This document shows, piece after piece, positions 9,176 to 18,563 of a DNA stretch of 64,000 nt. The position numbers were made by a program, and so were the translations under genes. The notes beneath the pieces were generated by a model, which had not been told where the DNA came from, ran no database searches, and was given only the letters and a program-made list of their open reading frames with translations. Source of the DNA: Longimicrobiales bacterium (lineage in GTDB: Bacteria; Gemmatimonadota; Gemmatimonadetes; Longimicrobiales; Gaopeijiaceae); assembly GCA_965197725.1 (NCBI GenBank), contig CBDANQ010000061.1, forward strand, positions 160,001 through 224,000. Direction: 5' to 3'. Numbering within the stretch: the stretch's first letter is position 1; each line of letters starts with the position of its first letter.

Positions 9176-10319
9176 CGGCTCAATGAATTTCGACGGTGTG
9201 CGTGAGGTAGGCGCGCTCTTCCGCCAGGAGTTCGATGCTCTGGGCTTCGAGACCGAGTGGATCGACGGAGCGTCGTGGGATCACGCGGGCCAACTCATCG
9301 CCCGCCGCGACGGGAGTGGGCCTCGACTGCTGCTCATCGGTCACCTCGACACCGTGTTCGAGCCGAGAAGTCCCTTCCGGAGCTTCGCGCGGGATGGAGA
9401 CCGGGCGCAGGGGCCCGGGGTCGTGGACATGAAGGGTGGTGACGTCGTCATCATCCATGCCCTGAAGGCGCTGGCCGCCACGGGCGAGCTCGACGATATG
9501 AGCATCACCATCGTCATGACCGGCGACGAGGAACAGAGCGGACGGCCTCTCGACCTGGCCCGCGCGGCGCTCATCGAGGCGGCCGAGGAAGCCGACATCG
9601 TGCTCGCGTTCGAGAACGGGGACAGCAACCCCATGACGGCCGTGGTGGCGCGCCGCGGATCAACCACGTGGCGGCTCGACGTGACCGGCACGCCCGCGCA
9701 CTCCTCGCAGCTGTTCCAGAGGGAGGTCGGCGCCGGCGCGGTGTACGAGGCGTCACGCATCCTGAGCGACTTCTACGAGCGCCTGGCGGGTGAGCCCCTA
9801 CTGACCTTCAACCCCGGCGTCATGCTCGCAGGAACCGACGTGGACTACGACTCGTTCACGCCGGGCGGGTCCGCGTTCGGAAAGAGCAACGTCGTGGCAC
9901 AGAGTGCGGTCGTGACCGGGGATCTCCGTACCATCACGTTGGAGCAGCTCGACAGGGCGCGTGCCATCATGCGCTCCGTGGTCCTGGAAAGCCTGCCGCG
10001 CACGTCGGCGACGATCACCTTCGATGACGGATATCCGCCGCTCGCCCCTACCGACGGCAACCGCCGTCTGCTGACCATGTTCAGTCAGGTGAGCCAGGAC
10101 CTGGGATACGGCGAGGTCACCGCGGTGGATCCACGCAACGCCGGCGCGGCGGACGTTTCCTTCACCGCGGGATTCGTCGAGATCGCGCTCGACGGCCTCG
10201 GGCCCGGGGGCGGCGACGATCACACTGTGGACGAGTGGATCGACCTCCCGACGCTCGCGATCCAGACGAAGCGCGCCGCGGTCTTGATGCACAGGCTCAC
10301 GAGACGGCCGGGAGCGTAA
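9015..10319 (+). CDS. M20-family metallopeptidase (carboxypeptidase G2-like), secreted
   Basis: GHLDTV, GPGVVDMKGG, DEE, DHTVDE; signal peptide. Confidence 0.9.
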   Translation: MKRIAVALLFSATLTPFHLRGQSLSDVEQRIVDQVDARAAEAIDLLERAVNINSGSMNFDGVREVGALFRQEFDALGFETEWIDGASWDHAGQLIARRDGSGPRLLLIGHLDTVFEPRSPFRSFARDGDRAQGPGVVDMKGGDVVIIHALKALAATGELDDMSITIVMTGDEEQSGRPLDLARAALIEAAEEADIVLAFENGDSNPMTAVVARRGSTTWRLDVTGTPAHSSQLFQREVGAGAVYEASRILSDFYERLAGEPLLTFNPGVMLAGTDVDYDSFTPGGSAFGKSNVVAQSAVVTGDLRTITLEQLDRARAIMRSVVLESLPRTSATITFDDGYPPLAPTDGNRRLLTMFSQVSQDLGYGEVTAVDPRNAGAADVSFTAGFVEIALDGLGPGGGDDHTVDEWIDLPTLAIQTKRAAVLMHRLTRRPGA

Positions 10320-10344
10320 CCCCTTGCGCGTCTAGGTCTTAGGT

Positions 10345-11880
10345 CTAGGCCTCGAGATCGAGGAGGTCGTCGTGGACCGCGGGGAGGCTGAGCCGGAACG
10401 TGCTCCCTTCGCCGGGCACCGACTCGACCGTGACGTCACCACCCATGCGGTCGGCGAACCTCTGGACGGTCGCGAGACTGACGCCGGTACCCGGGAAGCT
10501 ACGCGGCTGTACCTGCTCGAACGCGCGGAAGATTCGCGATAGATCCCCCTCGTCGATGCCAATCCCGTTGTCGCTGACCTCGAGGACTCTCCGCGCTCCT
10601 TCGTCCACGGCCCGCACGACCACCTCCGGCCGACGCTCCGCGGGAACGAACTTCACCGCGTTCGAGATGAGGTTCTGAACGGCGCGTATGAGCAGCTCGT
10701 GATCGGCGCGGACATCGCCCAGCGGCCCCGATACCGACACCTCCGCCTGGCGATGCTCGACCTGCGCCGCGAGCGAGTCCAGGGCGGCGTGCACCGCTTC
10801 GTCGAGGGACACTTGGTCGGGATTGAGTGACGCACCTCTGGCCCCGCTGAAGTCGAGCAGATCGTGGACGAACGTGTCCATCCTCGCACATGCGTCGAGG
10901 ATCCTCCGCAGGTACTCCGCTCCCTCGTCGTCGAGCTGCTCGCGATGATCGCTCCACAGGAGCGAAATGACCCCCCCCATCGTCACCAGGTGCGTGCGCA
11001 GGTCGTGTGAGACCGAGTATGAGAACGCTTCGAGCTCGGCCACGGCCGCCTGCAGCTCCCTCGTTCGCCGCTCCGCGAGCTCTCGCAGGCCACTGCTGTC
11101 GGACATGTCGCGGATGGTCCCCTGGTGCTCGTGCACCTCTGTGCCGTCGAACCGCGCCACCGCTGACAGGAGACACTCGCGGATCTCGCCGTCCTTCCTG
11201 ACGACCCGGACCGGAAAGTCCTGAACGAAGCCGTCCTTCTTGATCATCGCGGTGTAGCGGTCCCGGTCCGCGGGATCCTCGTAGAGGTGCTCGATGTCCA
11301 TGTGGAGCAACTCCGACTTACCGTATCCGAGCGCGTTCACGAACGCCTCGTTGACGTCGACCACGCTACCGTCCGGTCCAGTCAGGTAGATGGGCTCACG
11401 CGATCGCTCGAACAGGATACGGTACCGTTCCTCCGAGCCCCGCAGCGCCCGTTCGGCCCGACGCCAATCCGTGAAGAGTCGGTCGAGGCGCACGGCGAGG
11501 TCTCGTAAGAGCCCGATGATGCAGCCCTCGACGAGCAAGAGCGCCGACGCCTCGCCGCCCCCCTCCTGCACCACGATCGCCCAGCCCTCCTCGCCGACCA
11601 TCGTCAGTAGGAGCGCGTTGACGGGTACGGTGACGAGACCCGTCAGCAGTCCGCCCCACGCCCCGAAGAGCCACGCGAGGATCACGACGGGGAACATCGA
11701 TAGCGCCGTGACGCCCACACCGCCTTCCTGATACAGAGGCGCGAACGCGAGCGCGTACACCCCGAGCGAGATCGCCGCGAGCGTCACGCGCTTCGACATC
11801 GGCTCGATGGCCAGGCTGGCTCGGAACGAGCTCCGGCGCTGGCGAAGCTTAGGCTGCTTGTCGCCGTCCGTGTGGCTCAT
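10345..11880 (-). CDS. Membrane PAS sensor histidine kinase
   Basis: TM region, PAS, FSYSVSHDLR H-box, NLISNAVKF, DNGIG, GEGSTF. Confidence 0.92.
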   Translation of the reverse strand: MSHTDGDKQPKLRQRRSSFRASLAIEPMSKRVTLAAISLGVYALAFAPLYQEGGVGVTALSMFPVVILAWLFGAWGGLLTGLVTVPVNALLLTMVGEEGWAIVVQEGGGEASALLLVEGCIIGLLRDLAVRLDRLFTDWRRAERALRGSEERYRILFERSREPIYLTGPDGSVVDVNEAFVNALGYGKSELLHMDIEHLYEDPADRDRYTAMIKKDGFVQDFPVRVVRKDGEIRECLLSAVARFDGTEVHEHQGTIRDMSDSSGLRELAERRTRELQAAVAELEAFSYSVSHDLRTHLVTMGGVISLLWSDHREQLDDEGAEYLRRILDACARMDTFVHDLLDFSGARGASLNPDQVSLDEAVHAALDSLAAQVEHRQAEVSVSGPLGDVRADHELLIRAVQNLISNAVKFVPAERRPEVVVRAVDEGARRVLEVSDNGIGIDEGDLSRIFRAFEQVQPRSFPGTGVSLATVQRFADRMGGDVTVESVPGEGSTFRLSLPAVHDDLLDLEA

Positions 11881-12290
11881 TCGATCCACCGCTCGACCAT
11901 CTCTCTCACGATCTCACCCAACTCCTCGAGGTCGGCCGGCTTGGTGTGGAAGGCCTTGGCGCCCAACTCGAGCGCCCGGGCCGCGTCGCTCGGATTCACG
12001 GACGACGTCAGGACGGCCACGGGCGGGGGCGGGAAGCCCTCCTGGGCGCGGATCCATTCCAACAAGGTGAATCCGTCCTTCCCCGGCATGATCAGATCGA
12101 GAATGACCAAGTCAGGGTGCGGATGTATCTCGAAGGGGGGTGTCCCGGCGAGGTAGGCGATACCCTCGCGACCGTCGCCGGCGACCCGAACGTCGATCTC
12201 CGGAAAGGTGCGCCGGACGGCGAGTCGGATCAGCAGGGCGTGATCCGGGTTGTCCTCCACCACGAGGATCGTGCGATCTCGGGAAATCAT
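11877..12290 (-). CDS. Single-domain response regulator (Rcp1-like)
   Basis: ILVVEDN, VILDLIMP, LTSS, TKP. Confidence 0.93.
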   Translation of the reverse strand: MISRDRTILVVEDNPDHALLIRLAVRRTFPEIDVRVAGDGREGIAYLAGTPPFEIHPHPDLVILDLIMPGKDGFTLLEWIRAQEGFPPPPVAVLTSSVNPSDAARALELGAKAFHTKPADLEELGEIVREMVERWIE

Positions 12291-12555
12291 CCAGCGGTCA
12301 CCTTTTCTGGAACTGAACCGGTGCCGTGGGGGGGACTTTTCAAAGATGTGGACTCAGGGAGCTGTAGCCAAGGATCGCGTTCCAGGGACCGGCGGGGTGT
12401 CTGCCCATCTGGGGAGGCTCACCCGCAGCGACGTCAGCCATTGCGAGGCTCCACCTTCCATCCATCGCGACGAGGTCGGGGCTTCACCGCCGATCGAGAA
12501 CACCCTGAGAGCTCGCCCTAGGAACACGCGAGCCGCTCCGGCTGTAGTCGAACCC

Positions 12556-13898
12556 ATGTCCACGATCACCCCTCCTTTGGCCAGCTTCCGCTCCACGGCG
12601 CGTGGGAGCTCGCTTTTGATCTTTACCCTTTGTTTCGCGGCGTGCGAGGGTCAGTCCCCGATGGGTCCCGAAGGGGGAGTCGTCATGGGCCGCGTATATG
12701 CGGGCCATGGCTTCACGTGCGGGATCGTGGAAGGCGGGAAGGCGCTTTGCTGGGGCATCAATGATGAGGGGCAGCTGGGGGAAGGCGGGTTCTACGCGTC
12801 CTACAAGACCGCACCACGAGTTATCTCGGACGACCTGAGCTTCCGACAGCTGGGCACGAAGGCGTCGGGTCGCCACGTGTGTGGCGTCACGACCTCGGGG
12901 GACGCCTATTGCTGGGGAGAGAACGATTTCGGACAGCTCGGCCACGGGTCGGCGAGCCCTCGAGATGTCCTCCGACTGGTGGCAGGAGGTTTGACGTTCA
13001 CGTCGATCACTGCAGGCTGGCGGTCCAGCTGTGGAGTTACGACCGATGAGGAGGCCTATTGCTGGGGCCGTGGCGAGTGGGGGCAGCTGGGTGACGGGCT
13101 CGCGACGCTCAGCTCGGTGCCGGTGGCGGTCGCCGGCGGGCACAAGTTCCAGAAGCTCGAGGTGGGATCGAGCAACCTGGTGTGCGGCCTGACGACCGCC
13201 GGCAAGATTCTTTGTTGGGGTCTCGACCTTAGGGGGGCTCTCGGTGCGCCGGGCACGGCCATCTGTGTCCGTACAGACGGACTTGAGCTCGCCTGCGCGA
13301 CGACCCCCCAGCCGATCGCGTCGGATGAGCTCTTCATGGAGGTGAGTGCTGGATCGTCATTCGCCTGTGGCATCACTCTGTCCTGCCAGGCGCTCTGTTG
13401 GGGCCGGAATGATTGGGGACAGCTGGGCAGACCCACAACGGAGACGTGTGCTCAGGGAATTTTCTCCGGGAGGGCCTGCGGTCGCACGCCGATGCCGGTC
13501 TTAGGGCCCCAGCGATTCGTAATGGTAACCGCGGGACTCAGACACGCTTGCGGCGTCACGGTGGACGGTGATGCGTACTGCTGGGGCCGCGACTCCCTCG
13601 GCGAGCTCGGTAGGGGATCAGACACGCTTGCGGCGTCACGGTGGACGGTGATGCGTACTGCTGGGGCCGCGACTCCCTCGGCGAGCTCGGTAGGGGATTG
13701 GCGGGTAGCAACAGCAGCGTCCCGGCGCTCGTGGGCGGCGGGGTGAGGTTCAGGGCGGTCAGTGCAGGAGACCAACATACCTGCGGCGAGGGGACTGACG
13801 GGGAGTTGTACTGCTGGGGGTCGAACGTGTGGGGGCAGCTCGGCACGGGTGACATCAACCTCTGGCTGGAGCCGACCCGGGTGGTTACCGGCCTCTAG
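12556..13898 (+). pseudogene. RCC1/BLIP-II repeat lipoprotein, frameshifted by an 80-bp duplication
   Basis: Lipobox FAAC; repeated H.CG.T..G.AYCWG.N..GQLG; the frame continues in ORF 13641..13898. Confidence 0.85.
13538..13697 (+). repeat. Exact 80-bp tandem duplication
   Basis: 13538-13617 is identical to 13618-13697. Confidence 0.97.
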
Positions 13899-13922
13899 GC
13901 AACCCCTTCGCTACGGCCCTCC

Positions 13923-14300
13923 TCAGACTTGGAAGACCTCCCCATCAGGCTGGAAGTGTCTCCATGCGAACCACATGAGTACGTAGGCGTTCCTTAGAGG
14001 CTCGAGCTACTCACCCTCGAGAGGACCCTCTAGGGCAACGCCGGAAAAGCTCCAGATCGAGCCCGTCCGGCTGTCCTGGATTTTGTTGTCGATGACATGG
14101 AAGGTAAGGGTCTGCCCGGCGACGACGGGGTTGTAGGGGATCGCTGCCTCGCCATCACGTCGTTCGTAGAACACCGCCACCGGTGACCCGTCGACCTGGT
14201 CGTTCAACGCCACTTGCGGGCCGATGTTCTCCAAGTCACCGAAGGGGTATCCGCGGCCGCCGGTCGCGCTGGTCCGAATCGCGAGGACCCGCTCCTTGGT
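13923..14300 (-). pseudogene. DUF3179-family C-terminal fragment with in-frame TAG
   Basis: YP....G...NDQVDG.PV...QDSRTGSIWSFSGVALEGPLEGE*LEPL..AYVLMWFAWRHFQPD; 5' part missing. Confidence 0.75.
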
Positions 14301-14323
14301 GAAGCGCCACGTCGCGCTCCAGG

Positions 14324-14512
14324 TCAGCCTCGACGACGTTCGGCGATCATCTCGGCCGTCCACGGCCGCTCGCTTTCGCTGCTTCCTAATGTCTCTTTCT
14401 CAGGGTGCGGCCGGATCGTCACGCGGCCTCGGTAGGAGCTAGGTGCCAAGATGTACGAAGCCACGAAGTGTCCCGCCTCGTGGTAAGCTGTCTCTCTCAG
14501 TCTTTCATCCAT
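14324..14512 (-). pseudogene. M41/FtsH-like HExxH peptidase N-terminal fragment
   Basis: TAYHEAGH...GRVTIRP then truncated. Confidence 0.55.
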
Positions 14513-14769
14513 CGCCCCCTCCCTTTCCTTCACAGTAGCACCCGCAGATGCTGAGGGGGACACACGCAGGGCAACGGAGTCGCGAGTTCGCCGATATCCG
14601 ATCAGAGTCTTCTTGATCTATTCCCACTGCGGTAGACCGCGGGAGAAGCACGGTGTTCGGCTCGGTGGGGCTTGTGAACGCCACCATCGTGAGCAGGCTG
14701 TTCACGCTGGGGGTGTTCCGGTAGCGGGATCCCCTCGCGCTCTGCCGATCCGCGCCGCATTTTGAGCGC

Positions 14770-15210
14770 ATGAGCGAAGCCATCACCCGCCTGAACGCAG
14801 CCCTGGAGGGCCGTTACCGAATCGAGCGTGAGCTAGGCGAAGGTGGCATGGCGACCGTCTACCTGGCCGACGACCTCAAGCACGAGCGCAAAGTCGCGCT
14901 CAAGGTCCTGAAGCCGGAACTAGCAGCCGTCGTGGGTGCCGAGAGATTCCTGGCCGAGATCAAGACCACGGCGAACCTGAGTCACCCCCACATTCTGCCG
15001 CTGCACGACTCGGGTGAGGCCGACGGCTTCCTGTTCTACGTCATGCCGTATGTAGAGGGAGAGAGCCTGCGGCAGAAGCTCGACCGCGAACATCAGCTTC
15101 CCGTGGACGAAGCGGTGCAAGAGATTCAAGAAATGGTCGCGGTGGCATTCCCTACGTCGAGGACGCTGAGCAGAGCGCGCCGAGCTGTTGGGTGGCCGTA
15201 CCCAGAGTAG
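14770..15210 (+). pseudogene. Truncated Ser/Thr protein kinase (N-lobe only)
   Basis: LGEGGMATVY, VALKVL, HPHILPLHD, YVMPYVEGESL; homology stops near 15120, before HRD/DFG. Confidence 0.88.
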
Positions 15211-15347
15211 CCTCGAGATGGGCCGCGGCTTCATTCGTCGAGACCGGGAAGAGCTAACGACGCATCACCGTGTACGACCAACTCTGGATGCTCAAAGCTC
15301 ATCTCGATGACTGCTAGCCGGTAGCCGAAAAGAAGATGGCAGGTTGA

Positions 15348-16373
15348 TCACGATAGCTCCGGATCTGCCACTTTCAATCGTGAACGGGTCATCTTCCAGC
15401 CTCGCCCGGAGGGCCATCGGCCGATCAGAACCTTACACTCCTCCGGTAGCAGAAGCGCAGGATAAAGCGCCAGCATCGCCAGCGGAAACACTCCGATGTT
15501 CATGAATACGAAGATGAGGGAGTGAAGAGCCACGCCCATCGCCAGCGCCGGGCGACGCGTGCGGCTCCACCAGATAAGCAGGGGAAAAAGGAACTCCCAT
15601 AGTGCCACCACAAGAGTTGCTACAGCGAACAGCCCTTGGGGAGCCAATGGCGGTGGTCCGAAGCGAGAAAACAAAGGGCTGTCCAGCGCAATCCACAGGG
15701 CGGTACCGTTTCGCCACGCGGGGTCCACGAGCTTCCAAAAACCTGACACGACATAGATCAGGGCTAGCTGAACCTGAATCATCCTCAAAGGCCATACCGG
15801 TATGAGAGAGGGGCCTATGGAGTCACCCTGGGCCTCCCGGCGTCGAAGCGCCTTAACACGATCCAGAGCAAGGGCTCGATCGATCGGAGCCACGGCGACG
15901 AAGGCTGCAGCCACGTACAGGGATGTCAGCCGGAGCACCGCATCACCGGCGGTTAGGAACGTTGGGTTGCGGTGATGGAACCAGTATGTGAGCAGCAGGG
16001 TCGCCACCGCCGCCGGGCGTGTCCTCCATCCCACCAACAAGGCAAGCAACGCCACCCCAAAGAGGACGGCGAGAACCGTGGTCGCCAGCTCCCCCCCAAG
16101 CAGGTCGGGCATGAACAGGCGGCCGAACCATTCGCTCCCCCAATTGCGGGCGAACACGATCGGAAAGTCGCCATCATTCGTATAATAGAATCGCAGACCA
16201 GGGAGCATCCCCATCCAAAAGTAAAGGGAGGCTGCTGCGAAGCCTATCCTCACCATTCCAAGGCGCAGCCCGTCCGTCTCCTCGAACCAGAACTGATGCC
16301 AGGCCCCTCTCACCCGCGAGACGAGGGTTCGAGATTCGGTCGGCTGCGGTGAGCCGCCTCCGAATTCAATCAT
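15348..16373 (-). CDS. HTTM-domain membrane protein (vitamin K-dependent carboxylase-like / SdpB-like)
   Basis: LGMVRI, RNP...GD.VLR, WPLRMIQVQLALIY..SG.WKL...W.NGTAL, HSLIF..MNIG.FP. Confidence 0.85.
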   Translation of the reverse strand: MIEFGGGSPQPTESRTLVSRVRGAWHQFWFEETDGLRLGMVRIGFAAASLYFWMGMLPGLRFYYTNDGDFPIVFARNWGSEWFGRLFMPDLLGGELATTVLAVLFGVALLALLVGWRTRPAAVATLLLTYWFHHRNPTFLTAGDAVLRLTSLYVAAAFVAVAPIDRALALDRVKALRRREAQGDSIGPSLIPVWPLRMIQVQLALIYVVSGFWKLVDPAWRNGTALWIALDSPLFSRFGPPPLAPQGLFAVATLVVALWEFLFPLLIWWSRTRRPALAMGVALHSLIFVFMNIGVFPLAMLALYPALLLPEECKVLIGRWPSGRGWKMTRSRLKVADPELS

Positions 16374-16974
16374 CCGCCCCTCCGGCCGCGACATCGCAAT
16401 CGAAGCTTCCGAGAGAAGTTCTGCGGGGGTTGCGCGGGACCTTCAGCCACGGAGGATTGACGGGCTGCCAGCTCGCGGCGAGAGAGACTTTCACCGGCCG
16501 ACGGCCGTCCCGGTCCAGCCTTTGGCAAAGTTGGAGCGCCAATCTCCGGCGAAAGAAGTCCCCGGATACCTCGTACGCGAGATTGAAAAAGGTGTCATAG
16601 GAGCGAGGACGCGTCCAATGAGGAAAAGGGTCCTCCGCTGGACCACCAATCGTCAGCGAGTCCGTCTGCCAAACCGCCGGCTCCCCGAGATGATCATCAC
16701 TACCATACCAGGCGACGGCCTCGAGCGTGGCCACCCAATCGGAGGGCTCAGGAGCGAATAGCATCCAGTGCTGGTGGGTCGACGTCGCGTCAAGCCAGAG
16801 CCGAGCCCCCGGCCAGATGATCTGCATGACGGGAAGCGGGCCCTGGTTAAGCGCTCGCCGCAGTGGGGGGGGTGTCTGCCTCGCGGTTCCGATCTCGAGC
16901 AGCACAAGAGTAGCCACTGCTGCCCAGTGCACGATGAACAGGGTTGAGAGAACAGCCCGTTGGCTGACTCTCAA
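16366..16974 (-). CDS. DUF5819/SdpA-like partner of the HTTM protein
   Basis: N-terminal TM, Q.WMLFAPEP motif, two C-terminal Cys; overlaps the HTTM start. Confidence 0.6.
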   Translation of the reverse strand: MRVSQRAVLSTLFIVHWAAVATLVLLEIGTARQTPPPLRRALNQGPLPVMQIIWPGARLWLDATSTHQHWMLFAPEPSDWVATLEAVAWYGSDDHLGEPAVWQTDSLTIGGPAEDPFPHWTRPRSYDTFFNLAYEVSGDFFRRRLALQLCQRLDRDGRRPVKVSLAASWQPVNPPWLKVPRNPRRTSLGSFDCDVAAGGADD

Positions 16975-17130
16975 ATTACGCGCTCCGACGGGAGTCTGCC
17001 GGCTTCCTCACTTCCCGACTCCGTATGCGATGCCACTGTCCCCCAGAGCTCGGTCTTCCGCCTAGCCGACCCAGTTGTGGATTGATCCGAACACAGGACG
17101 CCCATGCATGACTGCTGGACGCGTAAAGAT

Positions 17131-17171
17131 GGGCCCTGCCGTCCCGACGGTCGGTCGGAGGGGCAGGGCCC
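17131..17171 (-). terminator. Hairpin after susD
   Basis: GGGCCCTGCC...GGCAGGGCCC inverted repeat followed on the minus strand by ATCTTT. Confidence 0.55.
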
Positions 17172-17206
17172 AAGTAATACTGATGCTGTGGACCCGTCAT
17201 GGGTCA

Positions 17207-18550
17207 CTAGAAATTCAAATTAGTCTCGATCTCCGTGTCCGGAATCGGAAAGCAATTGCTGGCCGGAAAATCCGAGAACAGAGTTGACACGGTGTTCTCC
17301 CAATCAGGGAAATCGAGGACGCCCGGAGTACCGTCCTCGCTCCAGCGACGAATGTCGCCCAAGCGTCGGGCCTCCATCCAGAATTCGATTCCCCGTTCCC
17401 GCTTGAGGAACGTCCAAGCATCGTCGATCGAGTTGGCAACCCACGGTTCGAGCGGCTGTTCCGTCACGTCGCTAATAAACGCCGTGCGGTTGTCGTTGAT
17501 GAGCGTCATCGCGCCTGGGAAGTCCCCCGCTACAAGTAGAGCTTCCGCTCGGATCAAGATAGCCTCACGACCGCTCGAGACCCTGTAGTCACTATTCCGA
17601 CTCTCGTATTTCGTCTGGAATAGGAAGGGCACCGCCCCAAAGCCCGAGAGACTCCCGCTGGCCAAGGGATGGACCGGGTCAGTGTCCCATGGGACCCGGG
17701 GGTCTCCGGTATCTCGATAGTAGTCATCGTAAAAAGTCATCCAGACGGAGATACTCTTCCACGGGAAGATGCCCATAGCGTGGAAGAAGGTGTTATGCGT
17801 CTGGAGGCTGGGACCCTCTGCGTCCACGAAATACTCGAAGTCCCTAGGAACCTGTAGCGCGTCGGTAACTGCGCCCGCAAAATCGTTCAGCCAGACGCGC
17901 ACGGACGCTCGACCTGCGTAGGCTGCGGTCTTCACATCGCCGCTTCCCTTTGCGATCGCCTCTGTGAAGTTTGTTTCCGCCCGTTCGAAGTACCGAATGT
18001 TGGGCTCCTTCGGTCCTCCATCGAAGACTGCTTCGCAGAAGTTCTCACCCAGCAGGCGGTTCGAATACCCGGCCCAGAGGTATGCCAGTGCAAACGTGGT
18101 GGGTGCGACGTCACCTGCGGTGCCGTCTGAGAACCGTCGGATCGCTTCCTCGGCGATCCAGCGGGCCTGTTGCGCTTCGGACCAATGCTGTTCAAGCCTG
18201 CTGCTGTTTGGAAGCCACTGCCCCGCCTGCTCGATGGGATCATGCCCAGTACCCGCAATGCCGGTAGCGCCACCGGGCATGAGCGTCCGGGCCGCGTGGG
18301 ATCCTGCCACGCCCACATTGTTAATCGATTCTATCAACTTCTGTTGGGATCCATCCACGAACGCCTGATGTGCCGACGGCAAATTCAGGAACTCGTCGTT
18401 GACCGGCCCCGGATTGACCACGTCACACCCACTGACCACAGCCACGAGGATCGCCAACACGACATGTAACCCGCTGGCATGATGCCCTCTGCGCCGCTGT
18501 GCGCTCCCGAATTCTACTGGTCGGCCGGGCTCTTTGACTCTATCGCTCAT
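17207..18550 (-). CDS. RagB/SusD-family lipoprotein
   Basis: Lipobox VVSGC; LIRAEA, ERGIEFWMEARRLGDIRR, FPIPDTE..N.N. Confidence 0.9.
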   Translation of the reverse strand: MSDRVKEPGRPVEFGSAQRRRGHHASGLHVVLAILVAVVSGCDVVNPGPVNDEFLNLPSAHQAFVDGSQQKLIESINNVGVAGSHAARTLMPGGATGIAGTGHDPIEQAGQWLPNSSRLEQHWSEAQQARWIAEEAIRRFSDGTAGDVAPTTFALAYLWAGYSNRLLGENFCEAVFDGGPKEPNIRYFERAETNFTEAIAKGSGDVKTAAYAGRASVRVWLNDFAGAVTDALQVPRDFEYFVDAEGPSLQTHNTFFHAMGIFPWKSISVWMTFYDDYYRDTGDPRVPWDTDPVHPLASGSLSGFGAVPFLFQTKYESRNSDYRVSSGREAILIRAEALLVAGDFPGAMTLINDNRTAFISDVTEQPLEPWVANSIDDAWTFLKRERGIEFWMEARRLGDIRRWSEDGTPGVLDFPDWENTVSTLFSDFPASNCFPIPDTEIETNLNF

Positions 18551-18563
18551 CTTCTCACCCTCC

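Noticed and set aside
14007..14009. In-frame TAG in the DUF3179 fragment as pyrrolysine or other recoding
   Set aside because: The gene lacks its 5' end, CAG>TAG explains it simply, Sec uses TGA, and no pyl genes are in the window
16971..17207. Small ORFs as an SdpC-like precursor peptide for the HTTM pair
   Set aside because: No signal peptide or coding-like composition, and they overlap a terminator-like hairpin
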